A stretch of 61,750 nucleotides of DNA, counting the filler. It is 4 parts of 4 records of this genome, joined end to end, with 100 filler letters (N's around TTAATTAATTAA, not from the genome) between each part and the next. Parts side by side here need not be neighbours in the genome. Positions count along the whole stretch, not along the records: positions 44,408 to 61,750 come from SRR2962707_4270; 3 more parts are not named here. One strand, 5' to 3'. How positions within the stretch are numbered: the first letter of the stretch is position 1; each line of letters begins with the position of its first letter. A program made the translations under genes and the position numbers. The notes beneath the pieces were generated by a model. It was not told the origin of the DNA. It made no database searches and saw only the letters and a list, made by a program, of their open reading frames with translations. Below are positions 59,315-61,750 of this stretch, in pieces.

Positions 59315-61411
59315 ATGACCAAGACCACGCCGCCTGTTGCCGCCCGCAAATCCCACGTCGTGACGTTTCACAATATCGAGCGCGACGACCCCTATCACTG
59401 GCTGCGGGCGCCCAATTGGCAAGAGGTGATGCAGAAGCCCGAAACGCTGGATCCCGAGATCCGCAGCTATCTCGACGCCGAGAACGCCTATTTCGACGAT
59501 GCATTTGGCACTCGCACGAGCAAGCTGCAGGATACCATCTACAAGGAAATCCGCGGCCGCATCAAAGAAGACGATAGCGGCATTCCGACCCCGGACGGCC
59601 CTTTCGCCTATAATTCGCGCATGCTTGAGGGCAAGCAATACCCCCAGATCGTACGTACTGCCCGCGATGGCGGTCCCGAGAGCGTGCTGCTGGACTGCAA
59701 TATTGAAGCTGGCGACGGCTATTTCGGCTTTGCTGGCGCCGAGCATGATCGCTCGCACAAATACCTCGCCTGGGCAGCAGACCGGGCGGGTTCCGAATAT
59801 TATGACATTGTCATCCGGGATCTCGAGACCGGGGCAGACAGCGCCGAGGTGATCACCAATACCGCCGGCTCCTATGTCTGGAGCAATGATAGCGGCTCCA
59901 TCTATTACACCGAATATGACGACAATCATCGGCCCTACCGGGTGCGTCTGCATGTGATTGGGACCGATCAGGCCAATGACCCGATCATCTTCGAAGAAAA
60001 GGACCCCGGATTCTTTGTCGGTGTCGGCCGGACCCTGAGCGACAAGTTCATTGTCATCGACGCCCATGATCACCAGACCTCTGAATGCTGGCTAATCGAC
60101 GCCGAGACCGGTGGCGCACCGCAGCTGGTTGCCCCGCGCGTCACCGACCGTGAATATGACGTCGATGAACGTGATGGCCTGCTCTATATCCGCACCAATG
60201 CTGACGGCGCCGAGGACTACAAGATCGTCACCGCGCCGATCGATAATCCGGGCGCGGACAACTGGACCGATCTGGTAGCACACAGCCAAGGCGTGCTGAT
60301 CCTCGATACCGTGCTGATCAAGAACCACATGCTGCGGCTGGAACGCTTTGAAGGCCTGCCGCGCATTGTGGTGCGCGACCTGCGTAATGGCCGGGAAGAG
60401 AGCGTCAAGTTCGACGAGGAGGCCTACGCGCTGGGCATGTCGGTCGGCTATGAGTTCGACACCTCGGTGTTCCGGCTGACCTATTCCTCGCCCACCACAC
60501 CATCGCGCACGTTCGATGTGGATCTGGAAACCGGCACTCGCACCCTGCTCAAGGAGCAGGAAGTGCCCTCCGGTCACAATCCGGATCATTACGAAACCCG
60601 CCGCCTGTTCGCCACTGCACCCGATGGCGAGCAGGTCCCGGTCACCGTGCTTTATCGCAAGGGCACCAAGCTCGACGGTTCAGCCCCGGCCCTGCTTTAT
60701 GGCTATGGCGCCTATGGCATGTCGATGCCGGCTGCGTTTTCCATCTCGGCGCTGTCGCTGGTGGATCGCGGCTTTGTCCATGCCACCGGTCACATTCGCG
60801 GCGGTATGGAAAAGGGCTATCGCTGGTATGTGCAGGGCCGCCGCGAACACAAGACCAACACCTTCACCGATTTCATCGCCGCTGGCGAAATGCTGATCGA
60901 AAAGGGCTACACCAGCAGAGGTCGCATCGTGGCACAGGGCGGCTCGGCGGGCGGCATGCTGATGGGCGCCATTGCCAATCTGGCCCCTGAGCTGTGGGGC
61001 GGCATTCTGGCTCAAGTGCCCTTTGTCGACGTGCTCAACACCATGCTCGACGAGACCCTGCCGCTGACACCACCAGAATGGCCGGAGTGGGGTAATCCGC
61101 TGGCTTCGCCCGAAGACTATGCCCGGATCGCGGCCTATGCACCCTATGAGCAGGTGACCGCCAAGGACTACCCACCGATATTTGCACTGGCTGGCCTGAC
61201 TGATCCGCGTGTTACCTATTGGGAGCCCGCGAAATGGGTTGCCAAACTACGGGCAACCAAGACAGGGTCCGCACCATTGTACCTCAAGACCAATATGGGT
61301 GCGGGCCATGGCGGCGCCTCCGGGCGCTTCGACCGGCTCAAGGAAACGGCAATGTGCTACGCCTTTGCGCTGAACGCCGTTGGTTTGGAAGGATCATTCA
61401 CTTCCAACTAA
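59315..61411 (+). CDS. ptrB: Oligopeptidase B (S9A peptidase)
   Basis: DDPYHWLR, YGYGAYG, GGSAGG nucleophile, DPRVTYWEPAKW, GHGGASGR; likely start ATG 59315. Confidence 0.93.
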   Translation: MTKTTPPVAARKSHVVTFHNIERDDPYHWLRAPNWQEVMQKPETLDPEIRSYLDAENAYFDDAFGTRTSKLQDTIYKEIRGRIKEDDSGIPTPDGPFAYNSRMLEGKQYPQIVRTARDGGPESVLLDCNIEAGDGYFGFAGAEHDRSHKYLAWAADRAGSEYYDIVIRDLETGADSAEVITNTAGSYVWSNDSGSIYYTEYDDNHRPYRVRLHVIGTDQANDPIIFEEKDPGFFVGVGRTLSDKFIVIDAHDHQTSECWLIDAETGGAPQLVAPRVTDREYDVDERDGLLYIRTNADGAEDYKIVTAPIDNPGADNWTDLVAHSQGVLILDTVLIKNHMLRLERFEGLPRIVVRDLRNGREESVKFDEEAYALGMSVGYEFDTSVFRLTYSSPTTPSRTFDVDLETGTRTLLKEQEVPSGHNPDHYETRRLFATAPDGEQVPVTVLYRKGTKLDGSAPALLYGYGAYGMSMPAAFSISALSLVDRGFVHATGHIRGGMEKGYRWYVQGRREHKTNTFTDFIAAGEMLIEKGYTSRGRIVAQGGSAGGMLMGAIANLAPELWGGILAQVPFVDVLNTMLDETLPLTPPEWPEWGNPLASPEDYARIAAYAPYEQVTAKDYPPIFALAGLTDPRVTYWEPAKWVAKLRATKTGSAPLYLKTNMGAGHGGASGRFDRLKETAMCYAFALNAVGLEGSFTSN

Positions 61412-61480
61412 TTGTTGCCGTTATCAAAACGCCCTATACCAAGCTTACTTCCCTCAGCGTCTTTCCAAATGGAGGCCTTT

Positions 61481-61750
61481 ATGACGACCAAGTTCACGCT
61501 GCCGCCCCTGCCCTACGCTTATGACGCGCTCGGCCCCTACATGTCGGCTGAAACGCTTGAGTACCATCACGACAAGCACCATCAGGCCTATGTCACCAAT
61601 GGTGAGAAGCTGCTCGAGGGTTCGGGTCTGGAAATCCTGCCGCTGGAAGACATCGTCAAGGAAGCCCACGGCAAGAATGCCGGCCTGTTCAACAATGCTG
61701 GCCAGCACTACAACCATGTTCACTTCTGGAACTGGATGAAGCCCAATGGC
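61481..61750 (+). CDS. sodB: Fe/Mn superoxide dismutase, N-terminal part (runs off window; absent from ORF track)
   Basis: GGAGG RBS; MTTKFTLPPLPYAYDAL...YHHDKHHQAYV...FNNAGQHYNH..FW; the Gln in NNAGQ points to the Fe-type. Confidence 0.9.
   Translation, partial: MTTKFTLPPLPYAYDALGPYMSAETLEYHHDKHHQAYVTNGEKLLEGSGLEILPLEDIVKEAHGKNAGLFNNAGQHYNHVHFWNWMKPNG

Overview
This window is not one chromosome segment. It is four contigs joined by three identical 100-nt linkers (N44-TTAATTAATTAA-N44) at 17602-17701, 26433-26532 and 44308-44407, so gene adjacency across linkers means nothing. Taxonomic labels are inferred from gene content and order only. Contig 1 (1-17601, Rhodobacteraceae-like): matB end, tamAB, ectR/ectABC-ask ectoine synthesis, an uncharacterised three-gene unit (DAP-lyase-like PLP enzyme, M24 metallohydrolase, Asp/Glu-racemase-family protein), and ureC-(DUF1127-like)-ureEFG. 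Contig 2 (17702-26432, Gammaproteobacteria, Alcanivorax/Pseudomonas-like): REP pair, dnaQ-rnhA-methyltransferase/gloB-mltD-yejABE. Contig 3 (26533-44307, Hyphomicrobiales-like): pcaQ/pcaCHGIJF, sbtAB-like pair, glpR, RND pump, SLAC1/TehA, and a TRAP-MarR-oxygenase-reductase aromatic module with a twin promoter/operator. Contig 4 (44408-61750, Devosia-like): DUF2336, DUF1491, PG-binding protein, DivJ-like kinase, a candidate sRNA, sufE, ExoZ-like acyltransferase, a split GafA-like (gafYZ) GTA-activator pair with a GGAA-N4-TTCC operator, mucR, mrpABCDEFG with an unusual basic tail on MrpA, ptrB and the start of sod. No rRNA, tRNA, CRISPR array or transposase was recognised. Best leads: the ectoine-adjacent catabolic triad, the gafYZ locus with its operator, the twin MarR operator, the MrpA tail and the sRNA candidate.
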